DNA from: Candidatus Latescibacterota bacterium
GTDB taxonomy: Bacteria > Latescibacterota > UBA2968
Length of the DNA stretch: 64,000 nucleotides
NCBI GenBank assembly: GCA_965204375.1
Contig: OZ241986.1
Location: 3,136,001 to 3,200,000 of the forward strand
Reading direction: 5' to 3'
In this document: positions 1 through 10,353 of the stretch, piece by piece
Numbering within the stretch: the stretch's first letter is position 1
Layout: the number at the start of each line of letters is the position of its first letter
Translations under genes and position numbers: made by a program
Notes under the pieces: model-generated
Databases searched by the model: none
Told to the model about the DNA's origin: nothing
The model's input: the letters and a program-made list of their open reading frames with translations, nothing else

Positions 1-839
1 ATACTGGCGTCAAAATTACCCCTGGCTGCGTACAACTGGGCAAGTGCATCGCGCACCTCGAGATCATCCGGAGCGAGATCGCGCACCTTTTCCCAGGCTG
101 TCTGTGCAATATCCAAAGAATCCACCTCTGCACTCATAAAACCGAGTGCGCGATACACCGACGGATCTTCTGGCGCAGCCTCAACAGCCTGTCGATATGC
201 CGAAAATGCCTTCTGTGTCATCCCCAGCGCGTGAAAAACCCCGCCCCGATTGACCATCAACATCACATTGTCCGAATTGGCAGCAAGGCCGCGGTCCATA
301 ACGGCGATAGCACTGAGTGTATCGCCAACCGCAATATGGGTCAGCGCCAGAGATTGATACGCCTCAATAAAATCGGAACGGCGTTTGAGTGCCGCTTCAA
401 AATCGGCAATAGCTTCTCTGGGCTTACCCAGATCGCTATTGAGAGATGCGCGTTCTGCCAGAAGCAAAGCGGGTTCATCGCTTTGCCCAATACCCCGATC
501 CAGTGCAGAAAGAGCCTGAGAAATTTTGCCCTGCCGAGCAAACACCAGCGCCAGATCGCGATATCCGCGAACAGAACCCGGTTTTATCTCCACTACCTTT
601 TGAAAAGCGGCCACCGCAGCGTCCAATTGCCCGGCCTCTGCGTAAAGCGTACCCAAAAAACCGTGCGCTCCTACACTATCGGCATGTGCCTCGACAAAAG
701 CGCGTGCCACCTCGAGAGCGTCGTCAATTTTGCCATCGCTGTAATGCGCTTCAATCTCTTTCAAAAAATCCCGCGCATCCACAACCGGGGCCTGAAAAAA
801 TATCATACCCCATACAAAACACAGTATCCACCGTTTCAA
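1..839 (-). CDS. Secreted TPR-repeat protein, runs off the window edge (absent from the ORF track)
   Basis: Manual translation from TTG at 839 (GGAGG upstream) gives MKRWILCFVWGMIFFQAPVVDAR (signal-like), then TPR helices such as AHGFLGTLYAEAGQLDAAVAAFQKVVEIKP and VYRALGFMSAEVDSLDIAQTAWEKVRDLAP. The frame stays open to base 1. Confidence 0.85.
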   Translation of the reverse strand, partial: MKRWILCFVWGMIFFQAPVVDARDFLKEIEAHYSDGKIDDALEVARAFVEAHADSVGAHGFLGTLYAEAGQLDAAVAAFQKVVEIKPGSVRGYRDLALVFARQGKISQALSALDRGIGQSDEPALLLAERASLNSDLGKPREAIADFEAALKRRSDFIEAYQSLALTHIAVGDTLSAIAVMDRGLAANSDNVMLMVNRGGVFHALGMTQKAFSAYRQAVEAAPEDPSVYRALGFMSAEVDSLDIAQTAWEKVRDLAPDDLEVRDALAQLYAARGNFDAS

Positions 840-855
840 AACGCAACCTCCATCC

Positions 856-884
856 TTGACAACATCAACACAACACAATATAAT
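856..884 (+). promoter_or_regulatory. Sigma70-type promoter
   Basis: TTGACA(856-861), 17 bp spacer, TATAAT(879-884), upstream of the ATG at 897. Confidence 0.75.
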
Positions 885-896
885 CACATCTCACTT

Positions 897-1472
897 ATGA
901 AAACTCTAAAACAAAACGCCGTACCACTCATAGCCTTTCTAATCGCGGGAAGCACAGCGATACTCTCTTACGACCACTTGCACTACGTGATCCCCTATGT
1001 GGTCTTTAAGTATCCCATCGCCATTGTCGTGCTCTACGCATTTTTTCAGCTCATCGCTTATGCAGAGCGTCGGCGCAGTGCCCAACTCGATGAAGTGGGC
1101 TTGCTTCGGCCCCTGCGCGACGGCGCATTCCTCGTATGCCTGCACGCACACCTGCGCGACCTCGGCATAGACCTGAACCTTTTATCATCGGCATCCAGCA
1201 TGCACCTCGCCCTGTTATCATGGGCGGTCGCCCTCATCGGATATTACGCCCTTGAGCAACCCGGGGGACTACCTGGTCGCACAATCAATATCCTGTCCTC
1301 TCCTGCCACGCGCATCACAGTCTGTCGCGGACTCATCATCTCGGGACTGATAGGGGTAATCGGCACATTCGCGGCAATCGCACAACCCCTCTGGCTCGGT
1401 CTCCCCCTGCTTCTCGTATTCATTCGCGCCTATTATCAGCGTTCCGGAGAGGATCGTGAACGTACAGAATGA
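897..1472 (+). CDS. Hypothetical integral membrane protein (~191 aa)
   Basis: Hydrophobic 3' part of ORF 231..1472, starting MKTLKQNAVPLIAFLIAG; several TM segments; follows the consensus promoter. Confidence 0.7.
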   Translation: MKTLKQNAVPLIAFLIAGSTAILSYDHLHYVIPYVVFKYPIAIVVLYAFFQLIAYAERRRSAQLDEVGLLRPLRDGAFLVCLHAHLRDLGIDLNLLSSASSMHLALLSWAVALIGYYALEQPGGLPGRTINILSSPATRITVCRGLIISGLIGVIGTFAAIAQPLWLGLPLLLVFIRAYYQRSGEDRERTE

Positions 1473-2340
1473 ACGCCTCAACACCCGCGCTGCCCTGCTC
1501 AACCTCTTGACAGCAATCCTCTGGGGCGGAAATTCCGTATCCATCAAACTCGGGTTATCTGGTATTCCGCCGCTTTGCCTGGCCGGCATGCGTTTTTTGC
1601 TCGGCGGACTCGTCGTCTATATTTGGACGCGCCCCCTGAAAATCGACCTGAAACTCAAATCCAACGAGCGACGAGGCATTGTCGGCCTCATCTTTATTTT
1701 TCTCGCGCAGATCTACTTGCTCAATGCGGGAACCGATTACACCCTCGCCAGCCGCTCGACCATCTTTATCTCGGCCTATCCCTTCTTCACCGCCTCATTT
1801 GCACACATCTTTATACCGGGCGACAAAATCAGCACGCGCAAAATGACCGGCATGGTATTGTCTTTTCTCGGCGTAATACTCATCTTTGCCGAAAGCCTAT
1901 CACTCGGCGAACTTCAACATCTTTTGGGCGACCTCCTCGTACTCGCAAGTGCCGCTCTCCTCGGCGCTCGCCAGGTTTATCTCAAGCGCCTCGTCCAGAA
2001 CATACACCCCGGAAAAGTCTTGATCTGGCAATCCGCCCCCAGCGTACCCATCTTTTTTTTACTCAGTGCACTATTTGAAACACAGGCCATCCAACTCGAT
2101 ATCTCCGTCCTGAGCGCCGTTCTCTATCAGGGGCTCGTCGTCGCGGGATTCTGCTTTATCCTCCTCACAAGCCTGCTGAAACGCTATTCTGCCAGCCGCC
2201 TCTCGGTTTTTGGATTCATCACCCCAATTGTCGGTGTCGTCGTCAGCAACCTTCTCCTCGGCGACCCCATCTCACCCGCCATTCTCCTCAGCCTCGCGCT
2301 CGTGGGCATCGGCATCACCATTGTCAATACATCACAGTGA
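1456..2340 (+). CDS. DMT/EamA family transporter
   Basis: About 10 TM helices with two EamA repeats (ILWGGN...PPLCLAGMRFLLGG; S.F.F.TP..GV). Confidence 0.9.
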   Translation: MNVQNERLNTRAALLNLLTAILWGGNSVSIKLGLSGIPPLCLAGMRFLLGGLVVYIWTRPLKIDLKLKSNERRGIVGLIFIFLAQIYLLNAGTDYTLASRSTIFISAYPFFTASFAHIFIPGDKISTRKMTGMVLSFLGVILIFAESLSLGELQHLLGDLLVLASAALLGARQVYLKRLVQNIHPGKVLIWQSAPSVPIFFLLSALFETQAIQLDISVLSAVLYQGLVVAGFCFILLTSLLKRYSASRLSVFGFITPIVGVVVSNLLLGDPISPAILLSLALVGIGITIVNTSQ

Positions 2341-2420
2341 AGCCCCTCCCAAAACGCATAGCCTATCAATCTATGCGGTCTCATTATACGCCGCAAGAAA
2401 AAACTGGTTTCAGAACCTAA

Positions 2421-2507
2421 AACGAATCTACGAATCTACGAATCTACGAACCCCGCCCATCCCTCCAAAATCAGTATGTACTGCCATTCGTCTATTCGTC
2501 TATTCGT
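2421..2507. repeat. Inverted pair of 8-bp tandem repeats
   Basis: (ACGAATCT)x~3.5 at 2421-2449 faces (ATTCGTCT)x~3 at 2486-2507, between convergent genes. Confidence 0.8.
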
Positions 2508-2510
2508 GCT

Positions 2511-3890
2511 TTACTCGAGCCGAATATCCGGCAACTCAAAATCATCGCCCGTGTCTTCAATCCACTGCGCGAGGCGCTCGTGGCACCTCTCCTTCTCCTT
2601 CTGGAACGCCCTGTTATAAACGTAATTCGCCTGCTCATACGGATCATCCGCCGTATTGAAAAGCAACCAATCATTATTCGGTGTACAGGCGTATTTCCAC
2701 CCATCTCGCATCACCACAGCCCGCCATGCCTTGTTCACAGTGTGCGAATGCATCTTTCGTGGAATCTGCTGTAAATACGCCGAATCGGGCTCTGCATTTC
2801 TATTCGGTTTCCCCTTGAACTCAGCGGCATTGCTGGAAATACAGTGACCCGAATAATCGTACCCGACCATATCCTCGGGAACGGGAATACCACAAAGACC
2901 CAGCGTAGTAGGTGCAATATCGACGTGATTGATCACCGCATCAGTAGATCCCGTACTCATATTAGCACCACCCCCCACCTTACCGATAATAAACGGAATG
3001 CGGATCGACTCTTCCCACGGCGATGATTTGCCAGTCTGCGCGTGGCTCCACAGCATATCGCCGTGATCGGAAAAGAAAATCACATAAGTCTCCCGATCAA
3101 CACCCATATCTTTGAGAGCCATGCGAATCCGCCCCACATTGTAGTCCAGATTCTCCACCATCGCGTAATAACCCGCATGATCCAGGGCTGCCCGCTCGCG
3201 GATTCGGGGAACATTCGGCACATTGTGCCGAAGCTGGATATCCGACGGATGAATCCGGGGTGCCCCGCGGTCCGGATTTGTAGGCGGCACAAAGGGACTG
3301 TGGGGCGGTTGCACCGAAAGCACGGCAAAAAACGGCTGATAATCTTCTTCCTCGCCCACATGATCCACAAGATGGTCTAAAAACAAGGTCGTCAGGCTAT
3401 CGGTTTCGTACCCGTCCAAACGCCGGGGCGTTTCGCTCTCCGAACCATAAACATAGCACTCGTTCTGATTGTTATTATTCTCATACCCCATCCAGTACTG
3501 AAAATTCCCCCTGCGCTCGGGAGGAACACAGTTCTCCCGAGCGTTGGAACCGTCCAAATGCCACTTGCCGACATAAGCCGTGTGATACCCCGCATCATTA
3601 AAAGGCATGGCAACAGTCGGAATCGCCGGATCCAGTGGAGACGGCGTCTGCGTCACCCCATTTTGATGCGGATAAGTACCCGTCATTAGCGCGCCGCGAA
3701 AAGGCGAGCACCACGGCGCACCGGAAACCGCACAGTCAAAACGCATACCTTCACGCGCGAGATTGTCGATATTCGGCGTAAACACATTGGGATCACCTCG
3801 ATAGCTCAATGCGTGCGCACGGTGTTGATCCCCAAAAATCCAGATAACATTCGGTTTGCGTACAGGGCGAAACGAAAATTGCTCATTCAT
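2511..3890 (-). CDS. Formylglycine-dependent (S1) sulfatase
   Basis: PNVIWIFGDQHR, CSPFR (CxPxR), GKWHL, SDHG; start taken at MNEQF. Confidence 0.93.
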   Translation of the reverse strand: MNEQFSFRPVRKPNVIWIFGDQHRAHALSYRGDPNVFTPNIDNLAREGMRFDCAVSGAPWCSPFRGALMTGTYPHQNGVTQTPSPLDPAIPTVAMPFNDAGYHTAYVGKWHLDGSNARENCVPPERRGNFQYWMGYENNNNQNECYVYGSESETPRRLDGYETDSLTTLFLDHLVDHVGEEEDYQPFFAVLSVQPPHSPFVPPTNPDRGAPRIHPSDIQLRHNVPNVPRIRERAALDHAGYYAMVENLDYNVGRIRMALKDMGVDRETYVIFFSDHGDMLWSHAQTGKSSPWEESIRIPFIIGKVGGGANMSTGSTDAVINHVDIAPTTLGLCGIPVPEDMVGYDYSGHCISSNAAEFKGKPNRNAEPDSAYLQQIPRKMHSHTVNKAWRAVVMRDGWKYACTPNNDWLLFNTADDPYEQANYVYNRAFQKEKERCHERLAQWIEDTGDDFELPDIRLE

Positions 3891-3903
3891 AGAAAAAACC
3901 TTT

Positions 3904-6456
3904 CTAATGCTCATGTCCATGCCCGTGATCGTGTAAGGGCGTATGATCGTGATAAATACCGTGCTTATGCATCTGCTGGTGCAAGCGGTTGTGCGCGGCC
4001 TCCAGCGTAGCGCGCATCTGTTTCAGACGCCTCGCCTCGGGTCGCGGTGCGAGCGTATCCAGATAGGCAATTGCCCCCTCAATTTGTTCCAAAACCGTCG
4101 TAGCATCCGCCTGTGAAAAAATGGGCCTTCCCTCCACAACCACCTGCACGGCACTCGTATGTGCGGCAATCTCGCCGTGCTGCCCCTTATAACTCCCGCG
4201 CACCCGCAAGGCAATCCACGTCGAATCCTCCACCCGTACCTCTGCACTCCCCGACGCAGACAGACCCTTATCCACATTCACCTGCTCATGCGTCAGCCCG
4301 CCCACAACGATCTCGACCTGATCAATCGGCAAACGCACCGACGCCACCTCCCACGCCACATTGACCGTCCCGCCAGAAGCGGGCAACTGCACCCGTGAAC
4401 CGGGAGCCATTCCCTCCACCTGAATCTCTGCAAGCGGTCCCACCGTCACAAACGTATGACCCGCTTTTGTCGCCGCCATCCAGTTCTCATAGCTAAACTC
4501 GCGATCTCCCAAATGCGTATAAGTACGCACCCCGCCGAGTTGCGACGCAGCCGCCATCTTATCCGAACCGCCCACAACCGGAATGTGGTACCCCAAATTC
4601 AAATAGCGGTACCAATCGGCAATCCCATAGGGATTGATCTGTGCATTGTGCGGATTAAACGTCATCATCTCCATCGCGTGGATCAGACCCAGCACAATAT
4701 CAGCCGCGCGTTCGCACTGCGGATTTGGGCCGTGCGGCATCACCACCAGCCCCCCCTGATCAATACACTGCTGCGCCCACTCGGCCATCGTGACTTCTTG
4801 CGCGTCGCCCAGCGCGGATTCCGACGGTCCCCCCGAACACAGCGGATGAATCATAAGCCCCGAATAACCCAGCAGCGAAATATGCCCGAGCACCTGCATG
4901 CGATTCTCTGTACCAACGCGCACGAGAAACTCGCCATCCCCACCAAAATCCCGTGCACCAAAAGTCGTCTTACCATCAAAATCCGACACATTGCTGAACA
5001 TTTCACCCCACTGGCTCGCCAGCAAATTCACCACATTCACACCCTCGCCCTCGCCTTCCAGAAGCGCCGTTTGCGGACTCAAAAAATGCACATGCGTATC
5101 GGCTGTCACCCACCCCTTTTGCCGCCACTTGAGCACGCAATCAATCTCAAAAGTAATCACATCAGTATCGGGACCAACCGTAAACTTCTCGCGAATCGGC
5201 GCAATCTCATATCCCTTCTGAATATCGACATACACATCGCCCAAAGGCAGATCTGCCACGCATTCCCCAGGGATATAACAATACTGATTCAACCCATTGA
5301 CATATTCGCCGTAATTATCCTCAAACCAGTGTGGATTCACCTTGCGATGATACCCCTTCGGCGGCAAATACTCCCCTGCCTCGCCGTGCATGTGCAGCCG
5401 CACAGCAACCGGCGTTTCCGTCCCTTTCTCCACCACGCGAATTGCGACCGGACGATGTGCGGATCGCACCTCCACGATCTGCTTTGCATCTGCCAGATCA
5501 TAAGCCTGCGCCTCTCCATCCTCCTCCACACCCACGTAAAGCCTCGCCTGCGGGTGTGCGATATACTCGACAACCACCGCAGAAGAAGACCGCTCGGGCT
5601 GCACATCCACCTCCGCGCTCAACCAGCGTTCCGCATCGTAATCCAGCACAGCCCGCGCCGACATCACCACACCCAGATCGATATCTATATCCTCAAGCTC
5701 GCCATTCCCATTCAACTGCGCGCCCTCGGGCAATTCCAACCTCAATTTTTGGCGCACACCTGGCCGCAACGGATGATCTGCGACCTGCGTATGCGTGATC
5801 CCCAGCACCAGCGACCGTTCGTTCTTAGGGACCAATGTCAGATGCCCAATGGGTTTCTCCGGATTGGGATTGGGCAACGCATAAACCCACAGCTTTATGC
5901 GCCCGCCATCTCGCCCCGAACTGTGCCGCGTCTCGGCGCGACCATAAGCCGAAGCAGGACGACGTCCCAGACCGTGTTCATCCGTTGCACCCATCACAAC
6001 ACCGGGTTTGGCCGCAGGCATCGCAGCAAACGCACTTGCCCCCCACCCAATACGGGACTGTTGAATCGCAAACCGGCGCAAAATGCGCGTCGCCTCAGTC
6101 TCGCCACCTGCATACGCCAGCACGTAATCCGACACATGATCACCCAGTTCATTGCCATCCATAGCAAAATCGGCCAACTCCTCCTGGTAATTACTCACGC
6201 GATTTTCAACCCCGTGAAAAAACACCACATAGCTCGCCTTCACACCGCCCATATCAACGCGCACAGCATCGCGGTCGAGCAATATGCCATTGGGCTCGCC
6301 TGGCGCACCCAGATCAAATGGCATACCCAGAATGGACTGAGAACCATACATCGCGCCCAAATCTTCGCCACCAAACCCATCCAATTGCACGCGATCCACA
6401 TTGTAATTTTCCGCCAGCGAAACAGGCGTAAAATGTTCTGATGGGGGAATATTCAT
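3904..6456 (-). CDS. CehA/McbA-family (PHP-like) metallohydrolase with His-rich C-terminus
   Basis: GWVTADTHVH, WYRYLNLGYHIPVVGGSD, G.TFVT.GP, AHTSAV motifs. Confidence 0.8.
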   Translation of the reverse strand: MNIPPSEHFTPVSLAENYNVDRVQLDGFGGEDLGAMYGSQSILGMPFDLGAPGEPNGILLDRDAVRVDMGGVKASYVVFFHGVENRVSNYQEELADFAMDGNELGDHVSDYVLAYAGGETEATRILRRFAIQQSRIGWGASAFAAMPAAKPGVVMGATDEHGLGRRPASAYGRAETRHSSGRDGGRIKLWVYALPNPNPEKPIGHLTLVPKNERSLVLGITHTQVADHPLRPGVRQKLRLELPEGAQLNGNGELEDIDIDLGVVMSARAVLDYDAERWLSAEVDVQPERSSSAVVVEYIAHPQARLYVGVEEDGEAQAYDLADAKQIVEVRSAHRPVAIRVVEKGTETPVAVRLHMHGEAGEYLPPKGYHRKVNPHWFEDNYGEYVNGLNQYCYIPGECVADLPLGDVYVDIQKGYEIAPIREKFTVGPDTDVITFEIDCVLKWRQKGWVTADTHVHFLSPQTALLEGEGEGVNVVNLLASQWGEMFSNVSDFDGKTTFGARDFGGDGEFLVRVGTENRMQVLGHISLLGYSGLMIHPLCSGGPSESALGDAQEVTMAEWAQQCIDQGGLVVMPHGPNPQCERAADIVLGLIHAMEMMTFNPHNAQINPYGIADWYRYLNLGYHIPVVGGSDKMAAASQLGGVRTYTHLGDREFSYENWMAATKAGHTFVTVGPLAEIQVEGMAPGSRVQLPASGGTVNVAWEVASVRLPIDQVEIVVGGLTHEQVNVDKGLSASGSAEVRVEDSTWIALRVRGSYKGQHGEIAAHTSAVQVVVEGRPIFSQADATTVLEQIEGAIAYLDTLAPRPEARRLKQMRATLEAAHNRLHQQMHKHGIYHDHTPLHDHGHGHEH

Positions 6457-6468
6457 AATGCACCTCGT

Positions 6469-8337
6469 CTATAAAAAATACCGCTCATTTTTCACCATCA
6501 CCTCAAACTCCTCTCTCGCCTTCTGCACCTCTTCCACCGTTGAAACCTCGGCAACCGGCACATCCCACCAGCTCTCGTACCCCGGCACGCGTACCTCGCG
6601 ATCTACCTCCACCGCAATCACCGTCGTGCGATCTATAGTTCGCGCCTCTTCAATCGCCCTCATCAACCCTTCTTTGCCTTCGGGCCGCAATACCTGAGCA
6701 CCCAAACTCTCGGCATTTGTCGCCAAATCGGTCGGCACATTCTCGCCATCCAATTGCCCGGTCTGCTCATCGCGCATCCTGTACTCCGTCCCAAACTCAT
6801 GCGCGCCCACAGCCTCTGACAACCCCCCGATACTCGCGAAACCGTGATTATCCAGCAACACAATATTCAGCTTAATCCCCTCCTGCACCGCCGTCGCAAT
6901 CTCCTGCGCCATCATCAAATACGACCCATCCCCAACCATCACATACACCTCCCGGGAGGGATCGGCCATCTTAATGCCCAAACCTCCGGCAATCTCGTAT
7001 CCCATGCACGAATATCCATACTCGAGGTGATATCCCTTGGGATTGCGCGTTCGCCACAACTTGTGAAGATCGCCCGGCATACTGCCCGCCGCACAAATCA
7101 TAACATCCTCTGGCGCCGAACCTTCATTCACCGCACCAATCACTTCACCCTGGCTCAAAACGGGCCGATGCCCCAAATTGTAAATGCGATCCACCTCGGA
7201 TTCCCACGCCTCCCGAAAAGCGGCAACCCGCTGTGTCAAATCCCCCGACACGCGATACCCCTGCACCGCTTCTGCAAGTTCCTCCAACACCACCCGCGCA
7301 TCGCCCACCAGCGGCAGTGCCCCGTGTTTGGCCGCATCAAATTCTGCCACATTAATCGCGATAAATTTCACATCCGGATTTTGAAACGCCGTCTTTGAAG
7401 CCGTCGTAAAATCGCTCAACCGCGTACCAATAGCGATCACCAGATCCGCTTCCCGCGCGACAATATTCGCCCCCGGTGTACCCGTCACACCCACCGCACC
7501 CAGATTATTGGCGTGGTCGTAATTAAGCGACCCCTTGCCCGCCTGTGTCTCGCCCACTGGAATACCCGTCTGCTCGACAAATGCCGCCAGCGCATCTGTC
7601 GCCTCGCTGTACAACACCCCCCCGCCCGCAATCACCACAGGTTGCACACTCGCCCTAATCCACGCCGCAGCTTTTGACACCAGATCGCGATCCGGCCGGT
7701 TGCGCGGCACCACCCACACCCGTTTTTCAAACAACGCTTCGGGATAATCAAACGCCTCTGTCTGTGTATCCTGCGGACAACACAGCGTCACAGCACCCGT
7801 CTCAACAGGCGAAGTCAAAACCCGCATCGCCTCGGGCAATGCCAAAATTGCCTGATCTGCCCGATTCAACCGATCCCAGTACCGCGACACCGGCTTAAAA
7901 CAATCGTTCACAGAAATATCCTGCGACGCATTGGACTCCAACTGCTGCAACACAGGCGCCACATTTCGCCGCGCAAAAATATCACCCGGCAGCAGCAACA
8001 CCGGCAAACGATTAATTGTCGCCGTCGCCGCGCCCGTCACCATATTCGTCGCCCCCGGTCCAATCGACGTCGTACACGCCAGCGTACCCAACCGATTCTT
8101 CATCTTGGCATAAGCCGCAGCCGTATGCACCATCGCCTGTTCATTGCGCGTCTGGTAATACCGAAACTCATCGCGATACTCGTGCAGCGCCTGACCGATC
8201 CCCGCCACATTCCCATGCCCAAAAATACCCGACATCCCCGCAAAAAAGGGTTGTTCACCCCCATCGCGCGAAACGTACTGCGCTTTCAAAAACTGAACAA
8301 TCGCCTGTGCCATTGTCAATCGTCGCGTCTTTGCCAT
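6469..8337 (-). CDS. iolD: 3D-(3,5/4)-trihydroxycyclohexane-1,2-dione acylhydrolase (TPP-dependent)
   Basis: RLTMAQA, GIFGHGNVAGIGQAL, HLEYGYSCMGYEIAG, GDGSYLM, WWDVPVAEVS. Confidence 0.95.
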   Translation of the reverse strand: MAKTRRLTMAQAIVQFLKAQYVSRDGGEQPFFAGMSGIFGHGNVAGIGQALHEYRDEFRYYQTRNEQAMVHTAAAYAKMKNRLGTLACTTSIGPGATNMVTGAATATINRLPVLLLPGDIFARRNVAPVLQQLESNASQDISVNDCFKPVSRYWDRLNRADQAILALPEAMRVLTSPVETGAVTLCCPQDTQTEAFDYPEALFEKRVWVVPRNRPDRDLVSKAAAWIRASVQPVVIAGGGVLYSEATDALAAFVEQTGIPVGETQAGKGSLNYDHANNLGAVGVTGTPGANIVAREADLVIAIGTRLSDFTTASKTAFQNPDVKFIAINVAEFDAAKHGALPLVGDARVVLEELAEAVQGYRVSGDLTQRVAAFREAWESEVDRIYNLGHRPVLSQGEVIGAVNEGSAPEDVMICAAGSMPGDLHKLWRTRNPKGYHLEYGYSCMGYEIAGGLGIKMADPSREVYVMVGDGSYLMMAQEIATAVQEGIKLNIVLLDNHGFASIGGLSEAVGAHEFGTEYRMRDEQTGQLDGENVPTDLATNAESLGAQVLRPEGKEGLMRAIEEARTIDRTTVIAVEVDREVRVPGYESWWDVPVAEVSTVEEVQKAREEFEVMVKNERYFL

Positions 8338-8338
8338 A

Positions 8339-9118
8339 TTATCCCTCGTCTATTCGCACATCCAGCCGATCATGCACACCAGGAGGCTCCAAAATCCGCT
8401 TCTGTCGCTCAGTCAACCCCTCATAAGCCGAACAATCGTACCCCTTTGGCGCAGAAATCAAATGTCCCGGACCGTATTTGTAAAGCAACACCCTGCGCTC
8501 GTGGTCTGCCCGCCACGGCAACGTACCGTGTACCAGAGCCTCCGTAAAAAAAATCGCATCCCCCGCCTTTGCCTCTGGCTGGACAACATAGTGCGGAACC
8601 CGCTCAAACCGCTGCACATCGCGCGGCAAATCCATCCTGAAATTGCTCTTGTGGCTGCCCCGCACACAGGCAAATCCCCCATCTCCCGCATCTGCATCCG
8701 ACAACACATACGTCAACACCGACAAACCACACTGCATCACGCCATCTCGATATCTGTAATAATGGTGAAACAAATTCGGCTGCCCGCCGTGCAAACTACC
8801 TCGCTTCCCATTCTTCAGCATAAAAATGGCATAATCGTGATCCAGGCGGAACTTCGGTCCCAGAAATTCAATCAGATAAGGCAACACTTTGGGATGATCG
8901 ATTAAATCCCGACACGCCACATCCCAATCCACAATACTCGGCGCGCGACGCACACCTATGGCATTGCCAAATTCATCATCTGCTTCCACATCCCCGTAAT
9001 CCCTGGGAAATTCTCGATCCGCCACTGCATTGAGCACATCCAATTCCTCCTGACTCAACACATCTTTAATCACCAGATACCCGTCGAGATCAAACATAAA
9101 CTTTTCTTCTGGGGTCAT
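8339..9118 (-). CDS. Phytanoyl-CoA dioxygenase (PhyH) family protein
   Basis: FDLDGYLVIKDVL, GGFACVRGSHK, AGDAIFFTEALVHGTLPW...RR. Confidence 0.85.
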   Translation of the reverse strand: MTPEEKFMFDLDGYLVIKDVLSQEELDVLNAVADREFPRDYGDVEADDEFGNAIGVRRAPSIVDWDVACRDLIDHPKVLPYLIEFLGPKFRLDHDYAIFMLKNGKRGSLHGGQPNLFHHYYRYRDGVMQCGLSVLTYVLSDADAGDGGFACVRGSHKSNFRMDLPRDVQRFERVPHYVVQPEAKAGDAIFFTEALVHGTLPWRADHERRVLLYKYGPGHLISAPKGYDCSAYEGLTERQKRILEPPGVHDRLDVRIDEG

Positions 9119-9129
9119 ATTGCACTCTC

Positions 9130-10266
9130 CTATCGATAGGGCAATGGCCTGGGATCGAGCCATTCTACAACTCGATCTTTAATCGCCCATGCAAAAAAGA
9201 AATTTCCGCGCGGCGTGTGATGCCCAATATAATACGGTTCCAAAAACGCCTGCACATCCCCCCGATATGTCGCGTACTCCTCCCGAAAAGCATCGCGCAA
9301 ATCGATCACAGGCACATCCTTTGTCGCCAACCAATCCAAAAACGTCTGGTCAAAAAGCGGCTCGCCTTCTAATGCCCGAGCTATATTACTCGAACCGAAC
9401 GACAAAATAACCAGCAGCTTTTTCCCTTTGGTCTTTGTAAAAGCCTCGGCCTTTTCAATCACAAACCGCGTCGCAAACAAAGCCGCCTCGGTATGCAAGC
9501 TATAAACCTCGGCATCCGATCCTGCATTCTCGAGTTCTCCCCCCATACTCTGCGCCATAGCCGACGCATCTTCCACGCTACCTTTGCGCGCCATAGCCGC
9601 ATGCAAAATCGGATCATCGCCAAAGGTCTCCCACACCCAATCCGCATCGCATAGTCGATAGAGTTCCTCGGGCGTCTTGCACAAGTTCTCGCGCTCTTCC
9701 ACAGTTCCACTTTCCAGATTCACGCGCAAATGCGGCAGCGTAAACCGACCCTGCCGTCCCATCCGAATGGACCGCCACGCGTCCAAATTGCGAAAGTGAT
9801 CGTCGTCCCACACATTCAAAATCACGTACTCGGCGGGATACTCCCTCTCCACAATCAACATTCGCCGATACGCCTGATACACACTGTGCCCGCCAATGCC
9901 ATAATTGCGAATGGGCTCCAGCAAATGCGCCGCCAAATACTCCTGCCACGTCTCCCCATTGCTCACCTGATCGCAATGCGTAAAGCTATTCCCATACGTA
10001 TGAATGCGACACGGGCGCTCCGCATAATTCACCACCTGCCGCGCACCGTCTTTCTCATAAGCGTAAAACCCGCGCGAATCATCCACACCACCCCCGCGAA
10101 ACCCATCGCAAACCACCCATCCGATCTCCGGATCAAACGCCGACTGTGCATTATTGCACATAATCTGCGCCAACTCCGCCGGCACATCTGCCTTCGCAGG
10201 CGTCACAAAATGATCCACCATCTCGCGCGTCGGCATAATCGACTCTAAATATTCGCGTCCTGTCAT
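9130..10266 (-). CDS. Hypothetical protein, possibly SGNH-hydrolase-like
   Basis: YGNSFT, NYGIGG and GHHTPRGN resemble degenerate SGNH blocks; start taken at MTGREY. Confidence 0.6.
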   Translation of the reverse strand: MTGREYLESIMPTREMVDHFVTPAKADVPAELAQIMCNNAQSAFDPEIGWVVCDGFRGGGVDDSRGFYAYEKDGARQVVNYAERPCRIHTYGNSFTHCDQVSNGETWQEYLAAHLLEPIRNYGIGGHSVYQAYRRMLIVEREYPAEYVILNVWDDDHFRNLDAWRSIRMGRQGRFTLPHLRVNLESGTVEERENLCKTPEELYRLCDADWVWETFGDDPILHAAMARKGSVEDASAMAQSMGGELENAGSDAEVYSLHTEAALFATRFVIEKAEAFTKTKGKKLLVILSFGSSNIARALEGEPLFDQTFLDWLATKDVPVIDLRDAFREEYATYRGDVQAFLEPYYIGHHTPRGNFFFAWAIKDRVVEWLDPRPLPYR

Positions 10267-10286
10267 TGCTATATCCTCGTATCTTC

Positions 10287-10341
10287 GGGCGGGCACAGGA
10301 GCCTGCCCCGTAGTGCCTTTATACGGGGGCACCGCCCCTAC
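10287..10341. repeat. REP-like GTAG-footed palindromes
   Basis: GGGCGGGCACAGGAGCCTGCCCC and ACGGGGGCACCGCCCCTAC (reverse complement begins GTAGGGGC). Confidence 0.6.
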
Positions 10342-10353
10342 ATCTCACGCCTT

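Noticed and set aside
231-896. N-terminal half of the 413-aa plus-strand ORF
   Set aside because: It is the antisense shadow of the minus-strand TPR gene. The real plus-strand gene starts at 897, after a consensus promoter.
4456-6441. 661-aa plus-strand ORF (likewise 27345..28601, 38850..39974 and 46031..47164)
   Set aside because: These are antisense shadows of well-supported genes, with no recognisable motifs.
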